The translations under genes and the position numbers were made by a program. DNA of 63,794 bases, counting the filler, from Chiloscyllium plagiosum (taxonomy: Eukaryota): NCBI RefSeq assembly GCF_004010195.1. It is 4 parts of one record of this genome, joined end to end, with 100 filler letters (N's around TTAATTAATTAA, not from the genome) between each part and the next. Parts side by side here need not be neighbours in the genome. Positions count along the whole stretch, not along the records: positions 33,666 to 60,336 come from NC_057711.1; 3 more parts are not named here. One strand, given 5' to 3'. How positions within the stretch are numbered: the first letter of the stretch is position 1; each line of letters starts with the position of its first letter. Positions 36,851-49,800 of this stretch are shown here, one piece after another. Under the pieces are notes generated by a model, which ran no database searches, was not told where the DNA came from, and was given only the letters and a program-made list of their open reading frames with translations.

Positions 36851-37374
36851 ATAGATATAATGAAACATATTTTCCTCTGAATCTTATCTGCAGTCCTCCC
36901 TGACATAATGCCAATGGATAGGGATTGTAAAAACAAAGGAAATAGGAGCAGAAGTTGTTCATTTGGACCTTCAAGCCCAGTCTATCATTCAACAGGATTA
37001 TGGAGGATTATCCAACTCAGTATCCTGTTCCTATTTTCTCTCCATACTCTTTGGCATTTAGCCCTAAGAATTATATCTAAGTTCATCTTGAAAACATTCA
37101 CTATCTTGGCAGATTCTATGGCAGAGAATTTCATATACTCACCACATTTCTCCTCATCTCAGCACTAAATGATCTACCCTCAACTTTAGATTGTGATTGC
37201 TTAAACCGTTAGCTCTTCACCACCAACAGTGGAATTTCTCACGTGAAGTTACATCAGACCCATGACAATATGTACACTAAAATATAAATGAAATATTGGA
37301 ATTCTACTTCTTCCCCCTTGTACTACAGCAATAAATTCAGACTTGAAATTAAAAGAGAAATACAGCGAAATAGC

Positions 37375-37582
37375 CAGTAAAGGCCAGTACCCTGTCACCA
37401 AGTCACCCTTTATTTGCACATGCATAATACATGACACTGACCCAACTCAGAGCTGGCTCTGAGAATGAACAGAACCTCTGACGCTCCTGTTTATGTCTGT
37501 CAGCTAGGACTCCTTGATTGGACCAGGTTAACAGCCTCAGTCAGGGAACTCATGTTCTGGCTGATCTTAATCCAATCAATAC
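37375..37582 (-). mobile_element. Possible solo LTR
   Basis: On the minus strand it starts TGTA and has CCAAT, a TATA-like box and AATAAA in LTR order; no internal coding sequence. Confidence 0.4.
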
Positions 37583-38669
37583 ACACAGGAAAAGATCAAT
37601 CAGTCTGCAAAGAGACCAACAAACAGCAGCAATATAGACCTCTTAAAGCTAGAAACTACAGTACTATTGAGGTTCCAAGCCTATTCCTTTTCAAATCAAT
37701 CAGTAGCAATCTTCCAGTAATAAGCTCACAAGCAAATACTCTGAAGGCCATCGTGCCTCAGGTGAGGAGAGAAGTTAAGAAGAAGAATCCTTCATGGTAA
37801 CCTCAGCCAGTTGGTATCTCTCTGCATCTCAAAACCAACCATCCAGTCAACTGAGATGATGTATGTGCATTGGATGGATGCCATAGCTTTAAACTCTCAG
37901 ATCAAAATGTGAATATATTACCTCTTTTGCCGAATAGCTTGCTGCTCAGTTTTAAAACTGACCATTCTCTCAGTGGTAAGCAATATGAAAGTTCCTTTTC
38001 AAAGCAGATACTGATTGCTGACAGCAAGGGAAGTGACTAGGAGTTATAATCTTTTCACATCACTGGTGATGTATTCAAGAAGGAATTAGCTCATTATCTG
38101 AAATACTGATTATCTGAAATACAGAAAGGTGGAGGATAATCATGAGAATGTAGTTGAATGGCTTGGGTGAATGTTCCTGCTTTCCAGTATAGTCATGACT
38201 GGCCTCTCTCTGTGCTGTAATCATGTGGTTATTCTGAATATGAATGTGATATATATGTTGATAGAGGGATTTTATGAAAAAAGGACAGCGTGGGACTAAT
38301 GGAACAAAATGGCCTGTGCAGATCAACTTACTCTGAAGCGCTTGCGACACTGCATCCAGGTCTTGGGAGTAAGATGGCTTGCATTGATGATGATAATTAT
38401 CCATTTTTGGTGCCTTTTTAGTGGCTGCTTGAAGAGAGCTATGAAGAAATATCACCTCTCTCCTCCTATTTATAAGACCATTAAACATAAGAGCAGAAAT
38501 TGGCCATTCAGCCCATCGAGTCTGCTCCACCATTCAATCATGACTTATAAATTTCTCGATTTGGAGATGCCAGTGTTGGATTGGGGTGTACAAAGTTAAA
38601 TATCACACAACACCAGGTTACAGTCCAACAGGTTTAATTGGAAGCAGGTGGAACAATGTTTAATTGGAA

Positions 38670-41578
38670 CAATGACTGCAGATGCTGGAAACCAGATTCT
38701 GGATTAGTGGTGCTGGAAGAGCACAGCAGTTCAGGCAGCATCCAAGGAGCAGTAAAATTGATGTTTTGGGCAAAAGCCCTTCATCAGGAATAAAAGCAGT
38801 GAGCCTGAAGCGTGGAGAGAAAAGCTAGAGGAGGGTGGGGATGGGGAGAAAGTAGCATAGAGTACAATAGGTGCGTGGGGGAGGGGATGATGAAATGTTG
38901 GGCCACAGGGCGGTGTGGTTGATTGGTGCGGGTGTCCCGGAGATGTTCCCTAAAGCGGTCTGCTAGGAGGCGACCAGTCTCCCCAATGTAGAGGAGACCG
39001 CATCGGGAGCAACTGATACAATAAATGATATTGGTGGATGTGCAGGAAAACTTTGAGGGATGTGGAAGGCTCCTTTAGGGCCTTGGATGGAGGTGAGGGA
39101 GGAGGTGTGGACGCAGGTTTTGCAATTCCTTCAGTGGCAGGGCAAGGTGCCAGGATGGGAGGGTGGATTGTAGGGGGGTGTGGACCTGACCAGGTAGTCA
39201 CGGAGGGAACGGTCTTTGCGGAAGGCGGAAAGGGGTGGGGAGGGAAATATATCCCTAGTGGTGGGGTCTTTTTGGAGGTGGCAGAAATGTTGGTGGATGA
39301 TTTGGTTTATGCGAAGGTTGGTATAGTGGAAGGTGAGCACTAGGGGCGTTCTGTCCTTGTTACAGTTGGAGGGGTGAGGTCTGAGGGCGGAGGTGCGGGA
39401 TGTGGACAAGATGCATTGGACGGCATCTTTAACCACGTGGGAAGGGAAATTGCGGTCTCTAAAGAAGGAGGCCATCTGGTGTGTTCTGTGGGGGAACTTG
39501 TCCTCCTGGGAGCAGATACGGCAGAGGCGGAGGAATTGGGAATACGGGATGGCATTTTTGCAAGAGGTAGGGTGGGAAAAGGTGTAATCCAGGTAGCTGT
39601 AGGAGTGAGTGGGTTTGTAAAAAATGTCAGTGTCAAGTCGGTTGTCATTAATGGAACTGGAGAGGTCCAGGAAGGGGAGGGAGGTGTCAGAGATGGTCCA
39701 GGGAAATTTAAGGTCAGGGTAGAATGTGTTGGTGAAGTTGATGAATTGCTCAACCTCCTCGCGGGAGCACGAGGTGGCGCCAATACAGTCATCAATGTAG
39801 CGGAGGAAGAGCTGGGGAGTGGTGCCAGTGTAATTACAGAAGATCGACTGTCCTATGTAGCCAACAAAGAGACAGGCATAGCTGGGGCACATGCGTGTGC
39901 CCATGGCTACCCCTTTGGTCTGGAGGAAGTGGGAGGATTCGAAGGAGAAATTGTTAAGGGTGAGGACCAGTTCGGCCAAACGAATGAGAGTGTCGGTGGA
40001 AGGGACTGTTGGGGATGTCGGGAGAGGAAAAGACGGAGGGCTTGGAGGCCCAGGTCTGGGCGGATGGAGGTGTAGGGGGATTGGATATCCATGGTGAAGA
40101 TGAGGCGTTGGGGGCTGGGGAAACGGAGGTCTTGGAGGAGGTGGAGGGCGTGGGTGGTGTCTCGAACGTATGTGGGGAGTTCCTGGACTAGGGGCAATAG
40201 GACAGTGTCGAGGTAGGTAGAAATGGGTTCAGTGGTGCAGGAGCATGCTAACACAATGGGTCAGGGTGGTTAGGCTTGTGGATCTTGGGAAGGAGGTAGA
40301 ACCGGGCAGTGCGGGGTTCCCAGACTATGAGGTTGGAAGCTGTGGGTGGGAGATCTCCTGAGGTGATGAGGTTCTGTATGGTCTGGGAAATGATGGTTTG
40401 GTGATGGGGGGTGGGGTCATGGTCGAGGGGGCAGTGGGAAGAGGTGCCCTTGAGTTGGCGTTTGGCTTCAGGGGGTGTAGAGGTCAGTGAGTCAGACTAC
40501 CACTGCACGCCCTTTATCTGCTGGCTTGATGGTGAGTTCTGGATTGGAGCAGAGGGATTGGAGGGCTGCGCGTTTTGAGGGTGAGAGGTTGGAGTGGGGG
40601 ANNNNNNNNNNNNNNNNNNNNNNNNNNNNNNNNNNNNNNNNNNNNNNNNNNNNNNNNNNNNNNNNNNNNNNNNNNNNNNNNNNNNNNNNNNNNNNNNNNN
40701 NNNNNNNNNNNNNNNNNNNNNNNNNNNNNNNNNNNNNNNNNNNNNNNNNNNNNNNNNNNNNNNNNNNNNNNNNNNNNNNNNNNNNNNNNNNNNNNNNNNN
40801 NNNNNNNNNNNNNNNNNNNNNNNNNNNNNNNNNNNNNNNNNNNNNNNNNNNNNNNNNNNNNNNNNNNNNNNNNNNNNNNNNNNNNNNNNNNNNNNNNNNN
40901 NNNNNNNNNNNNNNNNNNNNNNNNNNNNNNNNNNNNNNNNNNNNNNNNNNNNNNNNNNNNNNNNNNNNNNNNNNNNNNNNNNNNNNNNNNNNNNNNNNNN
41001 NNNNNNNNNNNNNNNNNNNNNNNNNNNNNNNNNNNNNNNNNNNNNNNNNNNNNNNNNNNNNNNNNNNNNNNNNNNNNNNNNNNNNNNNNNNNNNNNNNNN
41101 NNNNNNNNNNNNNNNNNNNNNNNNNNNNNNNNNNNNNNNNNNNNNNNNNNNNNNNNNNNNNNNNNNNNNNNNNNNNNNNNNNNNNNNNNNNNNNNNNNNN
41201 NNNNNNNNNNNNNNNNNNNNNNNNNNNNNNNNNNNNNNNNNNNNNNNNNNNNNNNNNNNNNNNNNNNNNNNNNNNNNNNNNGAAGGTGAGTCCTTTGCTG
41301 AGGACTGATCGTTTGTCTGGAGGGAGGTCTGGAGGAATGGTGAAAACTCGGCAGGGCTGGGAGCTGGGATCTGGTGTGGGTGTGGAGCTGGGAGTGGTGG
41401 CAGAGCCGGTAACTGGAGTAGGTATGGTGGTGGAGGGAATGGGGGTGGAGTCATGAGCAGGGGTGGTGTTCCCCTCAGGGTTCTGGGGGCCGGGAATTCT
41501 GACAGTGGGATCTGTGGGGGGGCGTGTCAGCAGAATGCAGGTGAGTGACATTGGTGGGGGCAGACGTGGTGGCCGACA
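38670..41578 (-). mobile_element. Penelope-like family 2 retroelement (RT, GIY-YIG, pLTR), nearly full length, gap at 40602-41281
   Basis: ORF 39131..39979 has GVAMGTRM.PSYACLF and FLRYIDD. GIY-YIG region reads IIYCISCSRCGLLYIGET..RFREH. pLTR hammerhead remnant at ~38757-38790. A family 1 pLTR piece abuts at 38558-38648. Confidence 0.93.
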
Positions 41579-41579
41579 C

Positions 41580-42232
41580 AGTAGTTTCAATTAGATACTC
41601 CCTCACCCTTCTAAATTCCATCGAGTATAGACCCAGAGTTCTCAAACGTTCCTCATATGTTCCACTTTCCATTCCTGGGACCATTCTTATGAACTTCCCT
41701 GAAACAGGCTCCAGGGTCAGTATATCCTTCCTGAGATATGGGGCCCAAAACTGCACACAATATTCCAAATGTGGTCTGACCAGAGCCTTATAAAGCCTCA
41801 GAAGCACATTCCTGCTTTTATATTCAAGTCCTTTCAAAATAAATGCTATCATTGCATTTGCCTTCTGAAGTATTGGGTCAACTTGCAAGTTTACCTTGAG
41901 AGAATCCTGGGCTAGAACTCCCAAGTGTCTTTGCACTTCAGACATCTGAATTTTCTCCCTATTTAGAAAATAGTTCATGCCTCTATTCTTCCTACCAATG
42001 TGCATGACCTCACACTTTTCCACATTGTACTCTATCTGCCAGTTCTTTGCCCAATCTCCTAACCTTTCCAAATGCTTCTTTGGCATCCCTGCCTTCTCAA
42101 TGCTACCTGTCCCTCTATCTATTTTTGTATCATCTGCAAACTTAGCCAGAATGCCCTCAGTTCCTTCATCCAGATCATTAATATATGAAGTGAAAAATTG
42201 TGGTCTCAACACTGAGCCTTACAGAACACCAA
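41580..42232 (-). mobile_element. CR1 RT fragment
   Basis: YINDLDEG..AKFADDTKI..LYKALVRPHLEYCVQFW. Confidence 0.92.
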
Positions 42233-42929
42233 GGCTTTCAGATCTGTATAAGAGATGCCTTGGGCATGTACTATGGTGAAATTAGCTATTTTTCATCTTT
42301 CTGCTTTCTCTTCAATATTTCCTTCATCACTTTCATCACTTCCCTGCTGAAGTCAGAACTCACCTCCCCCTTAAAATTTGCAGTCTAGCTTCAAGTAAGT
42401 GCCATCCATTTTCAGGGCAATGAGAATTTTTCACCCAAATATTCCTGGAATCTGGAGGTTTCTCTACTTCAGAAAATTGTGATCTTGACACTTCATTTAT
42501 GGATATGGTACTAGGAGATCATTATGAATGTATCCCTCTGTTACAACTCACCAGTAAAATAGATGATGGTGCACAGAACAGTAGGCTGAATCTGAAGTAC
42601 TATATAACCTCAGTCTAAATTATTAAAATAAAGTGAAATGTAGACATTCTGGATATTTTAGAACAGATAAAGCAAATTTCCTGCCCATTTCCATTCTTTC
42701 CTAATTTTTATTCCCATTGAGGTAAATGCAAATAAATTCCAGAGTGTTGTAAAGTAGATTACTAAATCACTGACCCCTCGGCATCCTTTTCCCCCCACTC
42801 TCAGTTGATTTCCAGATACTAGCCACTCAATAAACACAGCAACATAAAGCTCTTTGATACTTCCTCTAAATTGCTAACAAGCTGGCCTGTGGATAGAAAC
42901 AGTGATTTTCATTCAAACAAACATATTTA

Positions 42930-43460
42930 GCATAGAAATTCGAAGTAGGCCATTCAGCTCCTCAGCTGCACCACCATTTATTTAGATCAGGGCCAATCTG
43001 ACTGCGGCCTCAACTCCATATTCCCACCTATCCACAATAACTTTTGATCCTCTTGTTAGTCAAGAATCTATCTACTTCTATCTGAAAAGAATATAATGAC
43101 TCTCCTTGCTAAGGAAGTGAGTTTTAAACACATGACTCTCTGAGAGAACAGACATTCTCTTCATTCCATCTTCAGTGAAATACCTCTAAATTATGTCCTC
43201 TAGTTCTAGGCTTTCCCACAAAAAGAAACATCCTTTGACCATCCACCTTGTCAGAGCCCTTCAGGATATTAAATGTCTCAATAAGATCGCCAGTTCTAAA
43301 CACTGATGGATAGTAATGCAGCATGTCCAAACGTTCCTCAAATAATGACCTCCTCATCTCAAATATCAGTCAAGTGAATGTTCTCTGAATATCCCCTAAT
43401 GCATTTACATCCTTTCTTAAATCATGCAACCAAGATTGTACAGAGCACTCCAGATGTAGA
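42930..43460 (-). mobile_element. Old CR1 3' end
   Basis: GDLIETFNILKG..RTRGHNL. Confidence 0.75.
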
Positions 43461-43782
43461 CGTCCGTCAGATTTGAGAATGGCAAATGTAATCCCACTAT
43501 TTAAAATTGGAGGCAGAGAAAATGGAGAGTTACAGATCAATTAACCTAACATCTGTAGTGGAGAAATGCGAGATTATTATTAAAGATGTGATGATAGAAC
43601 GCTTGGAAAGCATTAACAGGATTGGCCAAAGCTGGCTTATGTTCATGCTTAACAAAACAACTTGGAGTTCGTTGAGGATGTAATTAGTAGAATAAATAAG
43701 AGAAACAACTGCATTTGGATTTTCAGAAGAGCTTAGTCAGAAATATTAAAGGATATGGTTTAGGAAGTAATATATTGGCATA

Positions 43783-44000
43783 AAGTTAAAAATCACACAA
43801 CACCAGGTTATAGTCCAACAGGTTTAATTGGAAGCACACTAGCTTTCGGAGCGATGCTCCTTCATCAGGTGATTGTCACCTGATGAAGGAGTGTCGCTCC
43901 GAAAACTAGTGTGCTTCCAACTAAACCTGTTGGACTATAACCTGGTGTTGTGTGATTTTTAACTTTGTACACCCCAGTCCAACACCGGCATCTCTGAATC
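43783..44000. mobile_element. Palindromic Penelope family 1 pLTR insertion with 13-bp TSD
   Basis: Inverted arms of 91 bp (43782-43872 / 43876-43966) around a TTG loop; ATATATTGGCATA at 43770-43782 and 44001-44013. Confidence 0.92.
43837..43871 (-). ncRNA. Minimal type I hammerhead ribozyme motif, intact core
   Basis: Minus strand CAC-CUGAUGA-A-GGAGC-AUC-GCUCC-GAAA-GC-UA-GUG: both conserved boxes, helix II, CAC/GUG helix I, and palindromic AGCU in place of helix III. The mirror copy at 43877-43911(+) has GAAAACUA. Confidence 0.75.
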
Positions 44001-44894
44001 ATATATTGGCATAGATTGGGAATTGGTTGACAGCCAGACAACAGAGAGTGTGAATTAATGGGTGGTAATTTTACAGGTGGTAAGCAGTTGCTAGTGGGGT
44101 ACTGTAGGACTCGGTGCTTGTACTCCAGCTATTCATGACATATATAAATGACTTGGATGAGAGAACCAAATGCAATATTTCCAAATTTGCTGATGACACA
44201 ATACTTTCTGAGTATTGAGGAAGATGGAAGAAGGCTTCTGCATCATCCAAAGATGTTGAGTTTGCGAGCAAATGGCAGATGCAGCATAACATGGATAAAT
44301 GAGAATTTATGCACTTTGTGAAAAAAAACAAAATGCTGAGTTTTATTTAAATTGTGATATTTTGGGAAATGGGTATATACAAAGGGATCTGGATATCCTT
44401 GGACACTAGTTAATGAAAGTAAACAGGCAGGTGCAGCAAGCAATTAGGAAAGCAAATAAATTATATATTGGTTTCCACTGCACAAAGATTTGAGTTCAGA
44501 GGTAGGGATATATGTTACCATTGTTGTAAAGGGCCTTGGTAAACCACACCTGGAGTATTACATGCAGTTTTGGTCTTCCTATCTCAGGATGTACTTGCAA
44601 CAGAGGGTCTACAATGGAGGTTCACTAAGCTATTACCAGGGATGACAAGACCGTTCTGTGAGATTAGATTGGTTTGACTGTATTCACTGGAGTTTAGAAG
44701 GATAAGAGAGGATGTGATTTAAAGCAAGAGTACGGTATTGAGAAAAGGAATCGGCCCTCTGCCATCGCTGATTCACTATCTCAATACTATATTTTTTCTT
44801 TCTTTGCATACTCCAAATTGCCTTTAAAATAAAATAAAGTATTTATCTCTTCCTTGAATATATTTAATATCTCATGCCCCACAACCTTCTGTGG

Positions 44895-46018
44895 TTAGAT
44901 CACATGGAATCCAGGGAGAGCTAGTCAATTAAATACAAGATTGGCTTGAAGTTAGGAGTCAGAGGGTGGTAGTATTGGTTTGTTTTTTGGACTGAAGGCC
45001 TTCGACCAGTGGTGTGCTGCACAGGTTGGTGCTGGGTCCACTGCATTTTGTCACTTATGTAAGTGATTTGGATGTGAAAACAGGAGGAATGGTTAGCAAG
45101 TTTTCAGGTGACATCAAAATTGTTGATGCAATGGACAGTGAAAAAGGTTATCTCAGAGTACAATGGTACCTTGATCAGTTCAGATGATGGGCTGAGGAGT
45201 GGCAGTTGGAGTTTAATTTAGATAAATGTGAGGTATTGAATTTTGGTTAGGTAATTCATGGCAGGACTCTTACACTTAATGGTACGGCCTTGGAAATGTT
45301 GCCGAGCATAAAGATCTTGGGGTGAAAGTTGATAGTTCCTTGAAAGTTGAGTTGCAGGTAAACATGATAGTGAAGAATGTGTTTGTTACACTTGCCTTTA
45401 TTGGTCAGTGCATTGAGTATAGGAATTGGGAGTCATATTGTGGCTGCACAGGACATTGGTTAGGCCACTTTTGAAATACTGTGTTCAGTTAGGGTCTCTC
45501 TGCTGTAGGATGGATGTTGTTAAACATGAAATGGTTCAGAAACGATTTAGAAGATGTTGCCAGGATTGGAGGGATTGAGCTTCAAGACGAGGTTGAATAA
45601 GGTGGGGTAATTTTCCCTGAAACATTGGAGGCTGAGGGGTGACCTTAGAAAGATTCATAAACTCGTGAGGGACATGGATAGGGTGACTAGCCAAGGTCTT
45701 TTTCCCAGGGTAGGGGAGTCCAAAATTCAAGGTCATAGGTTTAAGGTGAGAGGAGATGGATGTAAAAGGGATCTAAGAGGCAACAGTTTCACATAGAGGG
45801 TGGTGCGTGTATGGAATGAGCTTTCAGAGGAAGTGGTGGAGGCGAGTACAATTACAACATCTAAAAGGAATCTGGATGGATATTTGAATAGGAAGGATAT
45901 AGAGGGATATGGGCCAAATGCTGCCAAATTGGACTACATTAATTTAGGATATCTGGTGGGCAAGGATGATTTAGATTTAAGGATTTGATTCTGTGTTGTA
46001 CAGTTCTGTGACTCTAAG
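44895..46018 (+). mobile_element. CR1 RT C-terminal half plus 3' end
   Basis: VLGPLHF..WQLEFNLDKCEV..VVRVWNELS; 3' tail. Confidence 0.88.
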
Positions 46019-46809
46019 TGATAGTTCACTCATGTAAATTCATTTTACTGGGAAAGACAACATTAGTCACATCAGTCTGAATCATTTGAAGTTAACTTCC
46101 AAATGTATATATTAATTCATTAATATTAATAAATGGAGGAAAATATAATTTGCTTTGTAAATAATTCTTGCACATCTTTTTGTTGCAAATATTTTTGTTG
46201 TTGTATAGATATGAAGGTATGTGTTTTATGGCAACAGTTAGGTTTTCCACTTAAATACTCTTCTATTTAACTTCAGGCTCTGTTTTACTCTTCAGATTTA
46301 TTTAGTGCAGGCACTGCTTACATCAGTTTTATTGCTTAGTCCTTTCAATACAGTCATTCTATCTATTATTCATCATGTTTCAAAGGTAGCTTTGTTAGAT
46401 GTGCTCACTTAGAATTAAACCATGCCTTAGGACTTTTCATCTGTCAATAAGATTTTCAGTGCTGTCGTATAGTCACGTGTCAAGCCTGTCAGCAACTAAC
46501 ACTTGTCTCATTGAACAGAAATATTGCTTGACTGTAATAGCAAGAGAAATAACTGCAAAATTGGGTAGTACACAGCCACTGTCAAGCCACTAAGACTAGT
46601 AAGCCATGTGTGTAGTGGAGCCTCTTACCCTGATTTGATGTGTGTTCTGCATTTACAGATCCCAGCTGAATTTAAGTGCGACAGCATGAGGGTCCTTTAC
46701 ACTGATGTGATTGAAAGTATTCATCATCTAACTTCCAGGTAAAATAATTTTAATTTTAGTTTTGCTGGTGCAGACTTAGTAATGTACTGCGCTTATTATT
46801 GCAAACATA

Positions 46810-49800
46810 CAGAGTAAAGCGGAGTTAAGACATTCGTTCTGTTGAACCTGCCTTGCCATTTATGACAGCTGATCTGATTGTGGTCTCAACTTTACTGCCC
46901 TGTCTATGCTGACACCTGCTGACTCCCTCATTTGTTGAGAATCTATCTGTCTCTAGCTTAAATATAACTAATAATACCACATGCACAATTCTCTCAGAGA
47001 GTCCCATTCACTCATAAACCTCTCAAAAAGAAAATCTCCTATCTGTATTAAATTAGAGGCTGCTTATATTTAAACCATGTCTCCTGGTTTTTGTCTGTAC
47101 CACAGGGAAATCACCTTTTAGCCTTCACCCCTCGACTCCTTAGCATTTCATTTGTTTCAACATAATCACCTCTCATTCTACTAAATGGAAATACCTATCA
47201 ACATTTCCTCATAAGGTCATATTGTCATTCCCAGAATCATTTGATTGATCCTTCTCAGCACTGATTCTAATTGTGTCCTTTCTAAAGTGAGACAACAAAA
47301 CTATACACAGTACTCTAGATGTAGTCTCACCTATGCCCTGATAACTATAGCAAAATATACACTATTTTATATTCTAGCTCCCTTGTTATAAAGAATACAT
47401 TTCATTTGCCATCCTCATCACATGCTGCATCTGCATACTAGCCTTTTCTGATTCACCTATCAGGACACCCAGATTCTTCTCTATCTCAGAGTTCCATAGC
47501 CTCTCTCTATCTCCTCCAGAAGGAGATACAGGAAATCTCCCAGAAATAGCAGTGATTTAAGGAACTATTGACAATGAAGAAAAAGTAGTAAAAAAAAAAC
47601 TAATATTGAAAAAACTAATGGAAGTGAAAGGTGGAAAATCCCTAGGGAATGTTGATCAACATCTCTGAGTATTGAAAGAAGTAGCTATGAAGATAATAGA
47701 TTATTTTTGATCATGGTAAGCTAAATTCTCTAGATTCTAGAATAATGCCTGCAGATTGGCAGGCTGCAAATATAACCCAATTATTTAAGGAAGGAAGGAG
47801 TAATCAGGGGACAACACACTTGTTAGCCTGATGTTAATAAGAAGCAATATATTGGAATTTATCATAAAGGATGTGAAAATTCAACTCTTTAAATATGATG
47901 GTTGAGACAACATAGATTTAAGTAGAGAAAATGTTGTTTGACAAAACTTTCAGAGTTTTCTGAGAATGTTACTAATAGAGTAGATCAGGAGAAACCAGTA
48001 AATGTACTGCATTTGAGTTTTCAGAAGACTTCAAATAGGTCGACGCAGGAGATTAGCAAAGTACAAAAAGAATAGAGCACATGGAATAGGGTATAATATA
48101 GTGGCATAGACTGAGCATTGTTTTTTTTTTATTCATTTTATTTGTGGGATGTGGGCATCGCTGGCTGGGCCAGCATTTATTGCCTGCCCTTGAGAAGGTG
48201 GTGGCGAGCTACCTTCTTGAACTGCTGTAGTCCACCTGCTGTGGGTTGACTACAAGGCCATTAGGGACGGAATTCCAGGATTTTGACCCAGCGACAGTGA
48301 AGGAATTGCAGTGTATTTCCAAGTCAGGATGGTGAGTGGCTTGGAGATGAACCTGAGGTGGTGCTGGTCCCATATATCTGCTGCCCTTGTCCTTCTAGAT
48401 GGAAGTGATCATAGGTTTGGAAGGTGCTGTCTGAGGATTTTTGATGAATTTCTGCAGTGCATCTTGTAGATAGAACACACTGCTGCAACTGAGCATCAGT
48501 AGTGGAGGAAGTGGATGTATGTGGATGTAGTGCCAATCAAGCAGGTTTCTTTGTCCTGAATGGTGTCATGTTTTCTGAGTGTTGATGGAGCTGTATTCAT
48601 CCAGACAAGGGGGAGTATTCATCATACTCCTGACTCGTTAATAGAAAGAAAATAGAGAGTAGGAATATATGGATCTTTCTCACTTTGGCAGAGCTGAGAA
48701 TAATGGGGTACCAAGATGATCATTGCTTGGTCCTTAGCTGTTTATAATCCACACAATGATTTGGATTTGGGGCCTAATTAGCCTAATTCCAAGTTTGCAA
48801 ATGACACAAAACTAAGTGGGAATGGGAATTCTAATGATGTGCATGCAGGTTTCAAGAGGATTTGAATAGGCTAATGGAGTGGGAGTGACGTGGGAGATGG
48901 AATAGAATATAGATAAGTGTGAGGTATTCACTTCTGTAGGAAGAACAGAGCTGCAAAGTATTTCTTCATTAGTGAGATGATAGGATGTGTTTGTGTCCAA
49001 AGAAATCTTTGTTCATAAGTTAACAGGATCCACCATGTAAGGGTGCAGCAAGCAATTAGGAAGGCAACTGATGCCCTAGTCTTTAGGAGTAAAAATGTCT
49101 TGGTTCAATTACTTAGACCTTTGCTGAGAAAATGTACCTCAATTATTGTGTGCAGTTCTGTTCACCTTCCCTAAGGAAAGATATATATTCCATGGAGAAA
49201 GTGCAGTGAACATTCACCAGACTAATTCCCGGATGATTAAACTGTCCATTGAGGAAAGAATGAGGAAACTGGGGTGTAATGTGAAGAGTTTTCAGAGACT
49301 GAGAGGTAATCTCATTAAACATTATAGAAGTCTTAAAGGGCAAGGCAATGTAAGTGGAGAAAGGTTTCCCCTAACTGGGCATCTAGATCCAGGGAACATC
49401 CCTCAGAACAAGGAACAAAACATTTAGGACTGGGATGAGGAGAATTTTCTTTAATTAGAATGGAATAAATGGCCTATAACCTCATTTCTCTTCCCATGTT
49501 CCAAAATTATTGCTGTTCATCTTGCCAAAGTGGAAAATTTCACATTTTCCCATGTTATATTTCAACATATTCTGCCAATAGTTTTTCCCAGTCACTTGAT
49601 CTGTCTGTATTTGTTTGCAAGCTTATGACCTCGCACAACCTGTTCTCCTATCAATCTTTGCATAAGTAGCAAATTTAGTGACAATCCATTCTTTTCTTTC
49701 ATTCAAACTATTGATACAAATTATAAAAAGCTGAAGCCCCAGCAGTAATTCTCATAGAATTCCAATCATTAGATCTTGCCATACCAAACATGATCCACTC

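Larger units (their letters stand above)
43465..44720 (+). mobile_element. Old CR1 RT fragment hosting a palindromic pLTR
   Basis: YINDLDE..SKFADDT..PHLEY.MQFWS in broken frames. Confidence 0.8.

Noticed and set aside
39374..40075. 233-aa Gly/Val-rich + strand ORF and neighbouring ORFs
   Set aside because: Antisense shadows of the Penelope RT frame.
40487..41590. Long ORFs spanning N-runs (also 57096-58011)
   Set aside because: Their length comes from untranslatable gap sequence.
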